Source: Chitinophaga pinensis
GTDB taxonomy: Bacteria; Bacteroidota; Bacteroidia; NS11-12g; UBA955
Length of the DNA: 64,000 nt
Direction of reading: 5' to 3'
Assembly: GCA_945888525.1 (NCBI GenBank)
Contig: CAMDAF010000001.1
Coordinates: 160,059 to 224,058 of the forward strand
Shown here: one piece after another, positions 19,109 through 28,098 of the stretch
How the letters are laid out: each line of letters begins with the position of its first letter
Numbering within the stretch: the first letter of the stretch is position 1
The notes under the pieces: generated by a model
Seen by the model: the letters and a program-made list of their open reading frames with translations, nothing else
Told to the model about the DNA's origin: nothing
Database searches by the model: none
Translations under genes and position numbers: made by a program

Positions 19109-20420
19109 TATTGTTTGGAATGCCTGCAGCCTAAAACCGGTTCCAAACTTTGCAAAAGATATTGCCCCAATTATTCACAGCAAATGTTCTCCTTGCCACC
19201 ATAAAAATGGCACAGCCCCTTTTTCATTAATGACATACAATGACGTATCAAAGAGAGCAAAAATGGTTGCTTTTGTTACAGCTAAAGCTTATATGCCTCC
19301 TTGGCCTGCAGACCATAATTACAGTCATTTTTTAAATGAAAGGGTTTTGTCTGATTTTGAAAAAGAACAAATTCAAAATTGGTTTAAAAACAAATGTCCT
19401 AAAGGTGATTTGTCTGCTTTGAAGTATCCCAATTTTGAAAACAATCTGTCTTCACTTGGTAAGCCAGATTTAATATTGAGCTTTCAAGACATTGAAATTT
19501 TCAATGACAATAAAGACCGTTTTTATGTACTTAAATTGCCTTATCAAATGAACCAAGAGCGCTATGTTAGAGCTTTGGAATTTATTCCAGGGCAATACCA
19601 ATATGCCCACCATGTCAATGGACATTACTTAAGGTTTTCAGATGAAAGCAATCCATTCTCGGGCCTAATGAAAACCGATATCGAATCGGCCAACTATTCA
19701 AAAGAATTTATGGAAATGAATTTAGTGAATGCCGATGGCAGTATTCCTTTTCGTGTGCATTCGGCTGTCAATTATTTGCCAGGAGCCTACGGGGTTAAAT
19801 ATCCAAAAGGAATTGGCGGTTTTTTGATGGGCAAGAAAGGGGCTTTTGTCGCCAATGATTTTCACTTTGGTCCCTCGCGCAAACATTTAATTGACAGTTC
19901 TAAAATCTATGTTTACTTTTCAGACCAAGCGCCTCAGCGGGCAACCTATGAATTGATGATGGGCACCAATGGTGTTTCTGAAATTACCCCTGCGCTGATC
20001 GTTCAAGCAAATACCATTAGTAAACATGTGTCCAAATTGACCATTTACAACGACATCTCAATATTAACGGTTAACCCTCACATGCATTTAATCGGCAAGT
20101 CTGTTAAAGCCTATGCCTTAAAGCCAAATGGGGATACTCTGAAATTAATTTCAATCCCTAAGTGGCAATTTCGTTGGCAATATTTTTACACCTACCAATC
20201 GCCTCAAAAAGTACCAAAAGGAAGTACCATTGTTTTAGAAGCAATATTTGACAACACCTTAAAAAATCCCAATAACCCCAATAATCCGCCGAAAACAATA
20301 AGTGAACGATTTGAGAATGCTGGCGCAAGTATGCGCACCACAGATGAAATGCTTCAGTTCATTATCACATATATGCCGTATCAAAAAGGGGATGAATTAA
20401 TTGACCTATCCAAACCATGA
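19050..20420 (+). CDS. Exported fusion protein: N-terminal single-heme cytochrome c domain (PSCyt-like) plus a PHM/DBH-like type II copper monooxygenase domain
   Basis: 456 aa. Signal peptide/lipobox (IVWNACS). A CxxCH motif sits in the context IAPIIHSKCSPCHHKNG...MPPWPAD. In the C-terminal part, an HH pair (AHHVNGH), further single His residues, an HxH in NPHMHLIGKS (compare HTHLxG of PHM/DBH) and TTDEMLQFIITYMPY (compare the DEMCNLYIMYY CuM Met region of PHM). Confidence 0.5.
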   Translation: MKPLKYHIPKLLVVLLSLISIVWNACSLKPVPNFAKDIAPIIHSKCSPCHHKNGTAPFSLMTYNDVSKRAKMVAFVTAKAYMPPWPADHNYSHFLNERVLSDFEKEQIQNWFKNKCPKGDLSALKYPNFENNLSSLGKPDLILSFQDIEIFNDNKDRFYVLKLPYQMNQERYVRALEFIPGQYQYAHHVNGHYLRFSDESNPFSGLMKTDIESANYSKEFMEMNLVNADGSIPFRVHSAVNYLPGAYGVKYPKGIGGFLMGKKGAFVANDFHFGPSRKHLIDSSKIYVYFSDQAPQRATYELMMGTNGVSEITPALIVQANTISKHVSKLTIYNDISILTVNPHMHLIGKSVKAYALKPNGDTLKLISIPKWQFRWQYFYTYQSPQKVPKGSTIVLEAIFDNTLKNPNNPNNPPKTISERFENAGASMRTTDEMLQFIITYMPYQKGDELIDLSKP

Positions 20421-21061
20421 AATCGCTAAAACCTTTATTTATTTTATTTATTATTCTCCTGTCATTGGTTGTATTTCTGATGTATGCTCTACCTGTCTTA
20501 AAACCTGGTAAATTTTTTGGACCCGGCGATACCCGCGGGGGCAAGGAAATGGTAATTAAAAACTATGGAGCTGCTATCGATAGTGCGGCCAATGTATTTG
20601 GTCTATCAGCTTCCTATCTTAAAGCTTTATGTATGCTGGAATGCAGCGGCAAGAAGAAGTTCCAAGCACGTTTTGAAGACCATGTTTACCGCAAATTAAA
20701 AAAAGTCAAATTCAAACAATTAAGCAATTATGAGCATGTTACACCTGAAATGTTGCAAGATGCAAACGATGAAGCTTTGAGAAATTTAGCCAGCAGCTGG
20801 GGGCCATTTCAGTTAATGGGGTATAAATGTCTATTGTTGAACATTAAAATTAGAGACATTCGCGGAGATCAAGCCGTTTATTATGGTGCAAAATGGATAG
20901 ATTTAACCTATGGGGAAACTTTGAAGGAAAAGAAATTCAAGGATGCATTTCACATTCATAATACAGGTTCTCCATTCCCTGACAATGGGCGCGCAAAAAC
21001 CCATGATCCCAATTATTGCAACAATGGCTTGAAATATATAGATTGGTTTAATAAGCACTAA
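20417..21061 (+). CDS. Lysozyme-like / lytic transglycosylase (SLT)-like domain protein with an N-terminal TM anchor
   Basis: 214 aa; LKALCMLECSG (E-S catalytic-type motif), WGPFQLMGY (a GLMQ-type motif) and AVYYGAKWIDL; start overlaps the upstream stop (ATGA). Confidence 0.4.
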   Translation: MKSLKPLFILFIILLSLVVFLMYALPVLKPGKFFGPGDTRGGKEMVIKNYGAAIDSAANVFGLSASYLKALCMLECSGKKKFQARFEDHVYRKLKKVKFKQLSNYEHVTPEMLQDANDEALRNLASSWGPFQLMGYKCLLLNIKIRDIRGDQAVYYGAKWIDLTYGETLKEKKFKDAFHIHNTGSPFPDNGRAKTHDPNYCNNGLKYIDWFNKH

Positions 21062-21189
21062 AAATATCTTTAAATTATATCTACCTTTGTTGAGATATTT
21101 TTTCATATTGTAATCATTAATCTTTAGTTTCTTTAAAATATAAGTGTGGTTAAATCTGTTTTTAAATCATACACTTAATTTTAAAATAA

Positions 21190-21735
21190 TTGCATATTTC
21201 TCTAGTTTTTCAAACCAATAGGTTGCTCGTTAGGCGCTTAATGAATTCTGACCTTTTGGATTTTTCTGATTTACATGCCGATAATGATGTGATGTTTTAC
21301 ACCGAAACAAATGGCATCGATGCAGCAAGAAGTTTGCTCGATTTTAACCGCATTATTCAACAATACACGAACACCGATAATAAGTTTTGGATTTGGGCCA
21401 TCGAAAATAAATTGACACACGATTTTGTTGGCATTGTTGTTTTATCGACCAATCCTGAGAATGAAATTGAGCTTGGATATAGACTAAATAAAAAGTTTTG
21501 GCGCTTGGGCATAGGCAGCGAAGTTTTCAATGGTTTGGTTAAACATGCATTTGAAAATGAACATGCAGAATCTGTATCTGCAGAATCAGATTCTTTTAAC
21601 ATCGCTTCGCTTAAAATTATCGAGAAGCATCTGAATTTTGTGAGCGAATACTACAATACAGAATTAAAACGTTTGGATTATTTATACAAACTGAGCAAAC
21701 AAGAGTATTTCAAAATTCAAAATGAATGCGCTTAA
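21190..21735 (+). CDS. GNAT-family N-acetyltransferase (RimJ/RimL-like)
   Basis: 181 aa; TNRLLVRRL...D N-terminus and acetyl-CoA-binding GYRLNKKFWRLGIGSE motif. Confidence 0.7.
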   Translation: MHISLVFQTNRLLVRRLMNSDLLDFSDLHADNDVMFYTETNGIDAARSLLDFNRIIQQYTNTDNKFWIWAIENKLTHDFVGIVVLSTNPENEIELGYRLNKKFWRLGIGSEVFNGLVKHAFENEHAESVSAESDSFNIASLKIIEKHLNFVSEYYNTELKRLDYLYKLSKQEYFKIQNECA

Positions 21736-21760
21736 TAAAGCTTTGGGTCATTAATCTAAT

Positions 21761-23437
21761 TTAATAGACTTTAATACCAGCTCTATAGGTTGAAATAATT
21801 TTCGTTTTCAACAGCTCGTCTTTTTTAATGCTTAATAAATTCTTATCCATTACCACAAAGTCAGCATCTTTTCCTAGGGCTAAGCTTCCTTTTCTGTGCT
21901 CTAATTTACAAGCTTTTGCAGCCCAAATGGTCATGCCTTTTAAAGCCTCTAAATGGCTTAAACTCTCATTAGGTAAAAAAGCTTCTTGCTCAGGCATATT
22001 TGCATTTTGTCTGAAAACGGCGCTGTAGAAGGTGAAAATTGGATTGATGTATTCTACCGGAAAATCTGTCCCTAAGGGTAAATATCCATTTTGATTTAAT
22101 AAGGTTTTGTAAGCATATGCGCCCGGCATTCTGTCTTCGCAAATCCTGTCTTTAACCCAAGGAGCATCGCTGCTGGCATGGGTTGGTTGCACACTAGGAA
22201 TAATTCCATATTTGCCAAATAGATAAAAATCTTTAGGATCCAATATTTGTGCGTGTTCAATTCTCCACCGTCTGTCTTCCTTTGGTTTTAATAAACTACC
22301 ATACAATTCTAAAATCAATTTATTGGCTGAATCGCCAATACAATGGGTGTTTACTTGGTATTGGGTTTTATGGTAAACCGTAGTGCAAAAATCTTCATAA
22401 TATTTTGGACTCTTCATCAACATGCCAGTATGCATGCGTTGGTCGCAATAGTCACGCTTCATCTTGGCCCCTCGGCTTCCAAGAGAGCCATCTGCATACA
22501 ATTTAAAACTGCCAATATAGGTGTTGTTGTTTTCTGAAATTCCATTTTCTTGCGCATACTTGAGTCCTGCTTCATTAGGATTTACCATAAGATACAAGTA
22601 AATTGAAATTAATTTTTTCTGTGATATTGAATCTAAAAATTTACAGTCAGAAATATCCAAACCAGCGTCAGCTAAAGTGGTTAATCCAAATGCATAGCAT
22701 TCTTTTTCTGCTTTCTGCAGCACCTTCACCAATTCGTCTAGACTTGGCTCTAAAACAAATTTCTGAACCAAATCAACTGCATTGTCAATGAGTACACCTG
22801 TTGCCATTCCATTTTTTAGAATAATTTCACCTCCTTCAACTTGTCTTATAGAGGGTAGAATCAATGTCTTTATTGATGAATTTTGTTCAGGTATAATCCC
22901 AGCTATTTCTAAAGCTTTGTTGTTGCAAATGGCAGCATGTCCGTCAATTCTTTTTAAGATAACTGGTGTATTGGGATAACGTCTGTTTAAACTGTCATTG
23001 CTTGGGTATTCTTTAATGGTCCAATCGTTTTGATCCCATCCACGGCCTTGAATCCAAGCGCCTGGATTGTTTTTGACAAATGTATCTAGGCGATTTAATA
23101 CATCTCCCCACGACTTGGTTCCAACCAAATTACAAGTTAAAAGTGTCTTGGCATAGCCGTAAAAATGGCAATGGGCATCGATTAAACCTGGATAAACATA
23201 TTGTCCTTTTAGGTCTTGCATATTGCCTCTTCTGCAGGTATATTTCTCTAATAGTGACTTGTTTCCGATTGCAAGTATTTTACCGTCTTTTACCACCATC
23301 ACTTCTGCTTCTTGCATCGAATCGTCCATCGTAATTATATGGGCATTGTAAATAATACGGTCTACCACAGTTTTACTCTTGTTCTGACAAGCAAGCCCAA
23401 AGAAAACAAGGCTGAATGAAATTAAAAATATCTTCAT
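21761..23437 (-). CDS. Secreted amidohydrolase-family (Amidohydro_3) metal-dependent hydrolase
   Basis: 558 aa; signal peptide; N-terminal YPGLIDAHCHF metal-binding motif and a C-terminal GTDFPVE motif. Confidence 0.75.
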   Translation of the reverse strand: MKIFLISFSLVFFGLACQNKSKTVVDRIIYNAHIITMDDSMQEAEVMVVKDGKILAIGNKSLLEKYTCRRGNMQDLKGQYVYPGLIDAHCHFYGYAKTLLTCNLVGTKSWGDVLNRLDTFVKNNPGAWIQGRGWDQNDWTIKEYPSNDSLNRRYPNTPVILKRIDGHAAICNNKALEIAGIIPEQNSSIKTLILPSIRQVEGGEIILKNGMATGVLIDNAVDLVQKFVLEPSLDELVKVLQKAEKECYAFGLTTLADAGLDISDCKFLDSISQKKLISIYLYLMVNPNEAGLKYAQENGISENNNTYIGSFKLYADGSLGSRGAKMKRDYCDQRMHTGMLMKSPKYYEDFCTTVYHKTQYQVNTHCIGDSANKLILELYGSLLKPKEDRRWRIEHAQILDPKDFYLFGKYGIIPSVQPTHASSDAPWVKDRICEDRMPGAYAYKTLLNQNGYLPLGTDFPVEYINPIFTFYSAVFRQNANMPEQEAFLPNESLSHLEALKGMTIWAAKACKLEHRKGSLALGKDADFVVMDKNLLSIKKDELLKTKIISTYRAGIKVY

Positions 23438-23529
23438 AATGAGTCATCAAATATAAAACTTTATTCATTATTACTGTTCATTTTTAGATTCAGTTTCAAT
23501 TTGAAATTCAATCATTTTCAGCACTTCAA

Positions 23530-24987
23530 TTGCCAATTTTAATGTATTTTTGTGCGATGAATTTTCCAAGCCCCAATCTGTTTGAAGAATATGAGGATTT
23601 GTTTCGCCGAATAGGACGTGTTGCCGATAGGGACGGAATAGAAATTTATTTGATTGGCGGTTTTGTAAGAGACATCTATTTGCAAAGAGAAAGTAAGGAC
23701 ATTGATATTGTTGTTGTTGGTAAAGGAATTGATTTTGCTAAAAAAGTAGCGTCGGACTTGAAAAAAGTTAAATTGACTTACTTTGAGAACTTCGGAACGG
23801 CTCAGATTTTATACAACGATTTAATTATTGAATTTGTAGGTGCGCGCAAAGAGAGCTATAGGCGAGATAGCCGAAAACCTCTAGTTGAAGAGGGTACTCT
23901 GAAAGACGACCAAGAAAGGAGAGACCTCAGTATTAATGCAATGGGCATCTCATTGAATGAAATCAATTTCGGACATTTGGTGGATCCATTTGGCGGCATC
24001 GATGATTTAGATAAGCAAATTATTAGAACGCCTCTCGATCCTGATACGACCTTTAGCGACGATCCATTGCGCATGTTACGCGCTATTCGTTTTGCTTCTC
24101 AGTTAGGGTTTAGAATTGATGAAAATACGTTTGATGGCATAGAAAGAAACAAAGAAAGAATTTCAATCATCTCACAAGAAAGGATAACAGACGAGCTTAA
24201 TAAAATAATTCTTTCACCTATGCCTTCCATTGGGTTTGAATATTTATTTGACACCGGTTTGTTGAAATTGATCTTCCCTGAAATGGTCGATATGTTTGGT
24301 GTTGAAACAAAAAACAATTTAAGCCATAAGGATAATTTTTACCACACCCTACAAGTTCTCGATAATCTTGCAATGCTAAGTAAGGACCTGTGGTTGCGTT
24401 GGGCCGCTATTTTACATGATATTGCAAAACCAGCAACCAAGCGCTTTGAACCAGGCATAGGTTGGACTTTTCATGGACATGAAGACAAGGGCAGCAGAAT
24501 GGTAAAACCAATTTTCTCCAAATTAAAATTGCCTCTTAATGAGAAAATGAAATTCGTCGAAAAGATGGTTTTATTGCACCTCAGACCAATTGTCTTGTCT
24601 CAAGAGATTGTTACCGACAGCGCCGTTAGAAGGTTAATGATGGAAGTGGGTGAGGATATCGATTCTTTAATGTTGCTGTGTAAAAGCGATATTACCAGTA
24701 AAAACGAAAAGAAGGTTGAGCGCATCAAAAAGAATTTTGCGCAAGTTGAAATTAAAATCAAAGATGTACTTGAGCGCGATTACTTGAGAAATTGGCAACC
24801 ACCAGTTACTGGTTTAGATATTATGAATGCTTTTATCATCGTTAAAAAACAAGATATTGGCAATCTGAAAGCTATAGTTAAACAAGCAATTCTCGACGGA
24901 GATGTTGAGGATAACAAAGAAACTGCTATGCTTTTTTTAGTTAAAAAAGCCAATGAAATGGGCATAGAAGAAAAAATAAAAATATAA
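23530..24987 (+). CDS. cca: CCA-adding tRNA nucleotidyltransferase with HD domain
   Basis: 485 aa; polymerase beta-like head (GGFVRDIYL...DIDIVV), RxxRxxRF body motif, HD domain (HDIAKP). Confidence 0.8.
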   Translation: MPILMYFCAMNFPSPNLFEEYEDLFRRIGRVADRDGIEIYLIGGFVRDIYLQRESKDIDIVVVGKGIDFAKKVASDLKKVKLTYFENFGTAQILYNDLIIEFVGARKESYRRDSRKPLVEEGTLKDDQERRDLSINAMGISLNEINFGHLVDPFGGIDDLDKQIIRTPLDPDTTFSDDPLRMLRAIRFASQLGFRIDENTFDGIERNKERISIISQERITDELNKIILSPMPSIGFEYLFDTGLLKLIFPEMVDMFGVETKNNLSHKDNFYHTLQVLDNLAMLSKDLWLRWAAILHDIAKPATKRFEPGIGWTFHGHEDKGSRMVKPIFSKLKLPLNEKMKFVEKMVLLHLRPIVLSQEIVTDSAVRRLMMEVGEDIDSLMLLCKSDITSKNEKKVERIKKNFAQVEIKIKDVLERDYLRNWQPPVTGLDIMNAFIIVKKQDIGNLKAIVKQAILDGDVEDNKETAMLFLVKKANEMGIEEKIKI

Positions 24988-25004
24988 TTACATTTGCAGA
25001 GTAT

Positions 25005-25586
25005 ATGATTTACCGTTTTAAAGTTTGGTTTGAAGAAGAAGAAGAAATCTTTCGTGTTATTGACATAGCACCTTCTGCTTCGTTTTTAAGTTTACACGAA
25101 GTCGTGTTAGATTCTATTGGTTTTAAAAAAGATTTACCAAGCTCGTTTTATTGTTCTGATGACAATTGGAGAAAAGGTAAGGAAATAAGCCTAAATGACA
25201 CTGGGAAATTGTTGATGGAAACTTCTAAATTAAAAGACCATATCAACGATCCGCATCAGAAATTCATTTTTATCACAGATTTTAATGAAAATTGGACCTT
25301 AAATATTGAGTTGCAAAGCATTCAAAATGATGTCAGCGGCATTGCATATCCAATTGTTTTTAAATCTGCTGGAAAAGCCCCAAAACAAAATGAGGGTATT
25401 GGAAGATTTAAAACCGTTGATGAAAACGAATTTGATGAAATAGCCAATAAACTGGTGAGCAAGCATGCGCCTATGATTGACGAGGATTTTGATGAGGAAG
25501 GTTTTGGTGAAGAAGGCGAAGATCCTGACGAGGATTCGGATGAATTTGATGGGTCACAAGATGCTGCTTTCGAAGAAGAATTATAA
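25005..25586 (+). CDS. pRiA4b ORF-3-like family protein with a strongly acidic C-terminal tail
   Basis: 193 aa; MIYRFKVWF...FRVIDI...L.....I N-terminal pattern of the PRiA4_ORF3 family; C-terminal ~45 residues almost entirely D/E. Confidence 0.45.
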   Translation: MIYRFKVWFEEEEEIFRVIDIAPSASFLSLHEVVLDSIGFKKDLPSSFYCSDDNWRKGKEISLNDTGKLLMETSKLKDHINDPHQKFIFITDFNENWTLNIELQSIQNDVSGIAYPIVFKSAGKAPKQNEGIGRFKTVDENEFDEIANKLVSKHAPMIDEDFDEEGFGEEGEDPDEDSDEFDGSQDAAFEEEL

Positions 25587-26356
25587 TGCAAACCAAGGTC
25601 ACCTTTTTAGGAACTGGAACTTCTCAAGGTGTGCCCTTAATTGCCTGCCCTTGTCAAATCTGCCAAAGCACTGACCCTTTAAATAAACGTCTCCGTAGCA
25701 GCATTAAAGTTGAATGCGAAGGTAAAACCATCGTTTTCGATAGTGGCCCCGATTTCCGCCAACAAATGTTGCGTTCTGAAACCAAAAAGCTCGATGCCCT
25801 AGTTTTTACCCACGAACACAAAGACCATATTGCAGGTATGGACGATATCCGTGCATTTAATTACATCAATAAAAGAGCCATTGATGTGTACGCAACGCTT
25901 CAAGTTCAAACGGCCCTCAAACGCGAGTATCAATACGTATTCTCCGATTTTAAATACCCAGGAATTCCTGATATACATTTAAATACCATTGAGAACAATT
26001 TGGATTTTCATGTTGGAGATGTTTGCATCAAACCGATTGAAGTCATGCACTATAAATTACCAGTGCTTGGTTTTAGAATCAATGATTTTACCTATATCAC
26101 CGATGCTAATTTTATTTCTGATTCTGAAAAGGAAAAAATCAAAGGCTCTAAAGTATTGGTCCTAAATGCACTTAGAAGAGAAAAGCACATCAGCCATTTT
26201 ACCCTCGATGAGGCAATCGCTTTAGGTAGGGAACTGGAAATACCCGAGGTGTACTTTACACACATTAGCCACCAGTTGGGCTTGCACCATGAAGTGGATG
26301 CGCAGTTGCCCGATGGATTTCACCTGGCCTATGATGGTTTGGAACTGCTCATTTGA
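25586..26356 (+). CDS. MBL-fold metallo-hydrolase (PhnP/GPMB-like)
   Basis: 256 aa; HxHxDH motif (THEHKDHIAG) and downstream His/Asp ligands; start overlaps the upstream stop (TAATG). Confidence 0.75.
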   Translation: MQTKVTFLGTGTSQGVPLIACPCQICQSTDPLNKRLRSSIKVECEGKTIVFDSGPDFRQQMLRSETKKLDALVFTHEHKDHIAGMDDIRAFNYINKRAIDVYATLQVQTALKREYQYVFSDFKYPGIPDIHLNTIENNLDFHVGDVCIKPIEVMHYKLPVLGFRINDFTYITDANFISDSEKEKIKGSKVLVLNALRREKHISHFTLDEAIALGRELEIPEVYFTHISHQLGLHHEVDAQLPDGFHLAYDGLELLI

Positions 26357-26434
26357 GGTTTGTTTTCTGCACCTTTATTTTGACTTGCTTCAATCCAAAT
26401 TCAACAAAGTCTTTTGGTGTCAATTTGCTAAAAT

Positions 26435-27625
26435 TTAGTTATGAATTAATTTCAAATAAAATTCTTCCCAACGCTTTGATACAGCCTGATTGCTGAAATT
26501 TTGCAAGGCTAAATGGTAGCCGTTTTCTGCAATTTTATTTCGTAAGTCCAAGTCTTCTGTTAGAGAAATGATTGCTTGAGCAAACTGTTCTGAGTTATCT
26601 GCAATTAAACAATGTTCATTATCCTTTATTGGTAAACCTAAAGCACCTTGGCTGCTGGTAACAATTGCCTTTTTGGCCAACATGGCTTCAATGGTTTTTA
26701 TACGTATGCCACTGCCACTTTTTAACGGCACAACCAAAATTGATTTATTGGATTTAAACGCTTCTTGGTCTTTTACCTCTCCAGCAACAATAAATTGATT
26801 GGTGTTCCATGCATTATAAGATTCAGCCATATTCTTGCCTGCCATGTAAAATTTAACAAGCTTATTCTTGCTGGTAACTTTTGGCCAAATGTCGTTGTGA
26901 AACCATGCCATTGCCTCTTGATTGGGCATCCATTCCATTGACCCAATATGGTAAATAGAATGGTAATCAATATTGCAATCTTTGTTCTTTCTAATCTCTA
27001 TCCCTGCAGGTATAGCGCATTGAAAGCCCTTAAAGTTTTGGGCTGAAATGAAATGATTGTCTTCTTCAGTAATGCTAACAACGGCATCAAATTTTTGAAT
27101 GATTCGCTTTTCAAATTTTTCAAGACGTTTGGCGAGAAAATTTAAATAGATTTTTTTAGGAATAAATTGAGTGGTGTTTGCAAGTGTCTTCCAAATATGG
27201 AATTCAATATTGTGCTGCCTCAGTAAAGTAGGGGTATTAGTTTTTATTAAATCTTTGTACTGAGATACAAACAGACCTTCAAAATGCAGTAAATCGAAAT
27301 TGTTTTCAATGATATACGCTTGAATAGTGTCTCTAAATTCTAATGAAGTAAAACGGTCAATGTTGTAAGAACGGGTTTGAAATACATTTAACAATGCTTT
27401 GATTGGAGAAATACTGGTGTCAATTGTAAATGGCTTTATGGCCTTTAAAAATGAAAGTTCTTTGGCGATTGTCGCTTCATCTACAAAATGTTTTTTGGTA
27501 TTAAGGCTCATGTAATGCACCTCAATGCCAAGCTCCGACAAGCCTTTCAAGAGGCTGTATGTGGCAATTGCACCGCCATCATTGAGTGGCCAAGGAATCC
27601 TACTTCCAATTATTAATACCTTCAA
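26435..27625 (-). CDS. Glycosyltransferase family 4 (GT-B, RfaG-like)
   Basis: 396 aa; C-terminal GT1/GT4 EX7E-type region (VVPLKSGSGIRIKTIEAM...) and an N-terminal GT4-like domain. Confidence 0.75.
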   Translation of the reverse strand: MKVLIIGSRIPWPLNDGGAIATYSLLKGLSELGIEVHYMSLNTKKHFVDEATIAKELSFLKAIKPFTIDTSISPIKALLNVFQTRSYNIDRFTSLEFRDTIQAYIIENNFDLLHFEGLFVSQYKDLIKTNTPTLLRQHNIEFHIWKTLANTTQFIPKKIYLNFLAKRLEKFEKRIIQKFDAVVSITEEDNHFISAQNFKGFQCAIPAGIEIRKNKDCNIDYHSIYHIGSMEWMPNQEAMAWFHNDIWPKVTSKNKLVKFYMAGKNMAESYNAWNTNQFIVAGEVKDQEAFKSNKSILVVPLKSGSGIRIKTIEAMLAKKAIVTSSQGALGLPIKDNEHCLIADNSEQFAQAIISLTEDLDLRNKIAENGYHLALQNFSNQAVSKRWEEFYLKLIHN

Positions 27626-27728
27626 ATCGGGTCAAAATTAAGACGAAAACTTAGGGAATAAATCTTTTTTTTAAAAAAAGTTTGGATTTTTGTCTTTAAT
27701 TCGTACTTTTGCAGTCCTATTTTAAGAA

Positions 27729-27983
27729 ATGGCAAATCATAAATCATCGATCAAAAGAATCAGGCAAACTGAAGTGAAGAACGAAAGAAACCGTTACCAG
27801 CACAAGACTACACGTAATTTGGTAAGAAAACTTCGCGAAACAACTGATAAAACAGCTGCTGTTGCACTATATGTGGAAACAGCTAGCATGCTTGACAAAC
27901 TGGCCAAACGCAATGTCATCCACAAGAACAAAGCGTCTAACCTTAAATCAAGCCTATCGGTTCATATCAATAGCTTGAATTAA
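27729..27983 (+). CDS. rpsT: 30S ribosomal protein S20
   Basis: 84 aa; [13 protein letters not shown]... with a basic alpha-helical composition typical of S20. Confidence 0.9.
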   Translation: MANHKSSIKRIRQTEVKNERNRYQHKTTRNLVRKLRETTDKTAAVALYVETASMLDKLAKRNVIHKNKASNLKSSLSVHINSLN

Positions 27984-28003
27984 AAAATTATTTTTATAAT
28001 AGA

Positions 28004-28028
28004 GCCTCCGGAAACGGGGGCTTTTTTT
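28004..28028 (+). terminator. Rho-independent terminator after rpsT
   Basis: Hairpin gcctccg/cgggggc with a gaaa loop followed by ttttttt. Confidence 0.5.
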
Positions 28029-28098
28029 ATGTGCTTTTTTGATAAAAAAAATCTATTTTTGCGGCAACATTAACTAATCATTAAAAAAAATAAATTAT

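Noticed and set aside
20903-21106. 67-aa minus-strand ORF overlapping the 3' end of the lysozyme-like gene
   Set aside because: Antisense to the end of a coupled operon gene; hydrophobic low-complexity translation; no support
21828-23334. Plus-strand ORFs (62-84 aa) inside the amidohydrolase gene
   Set aside because: Antisense shadow ORFs within a 558-aa gene that has intact amidohydrolase metal-binding motifs
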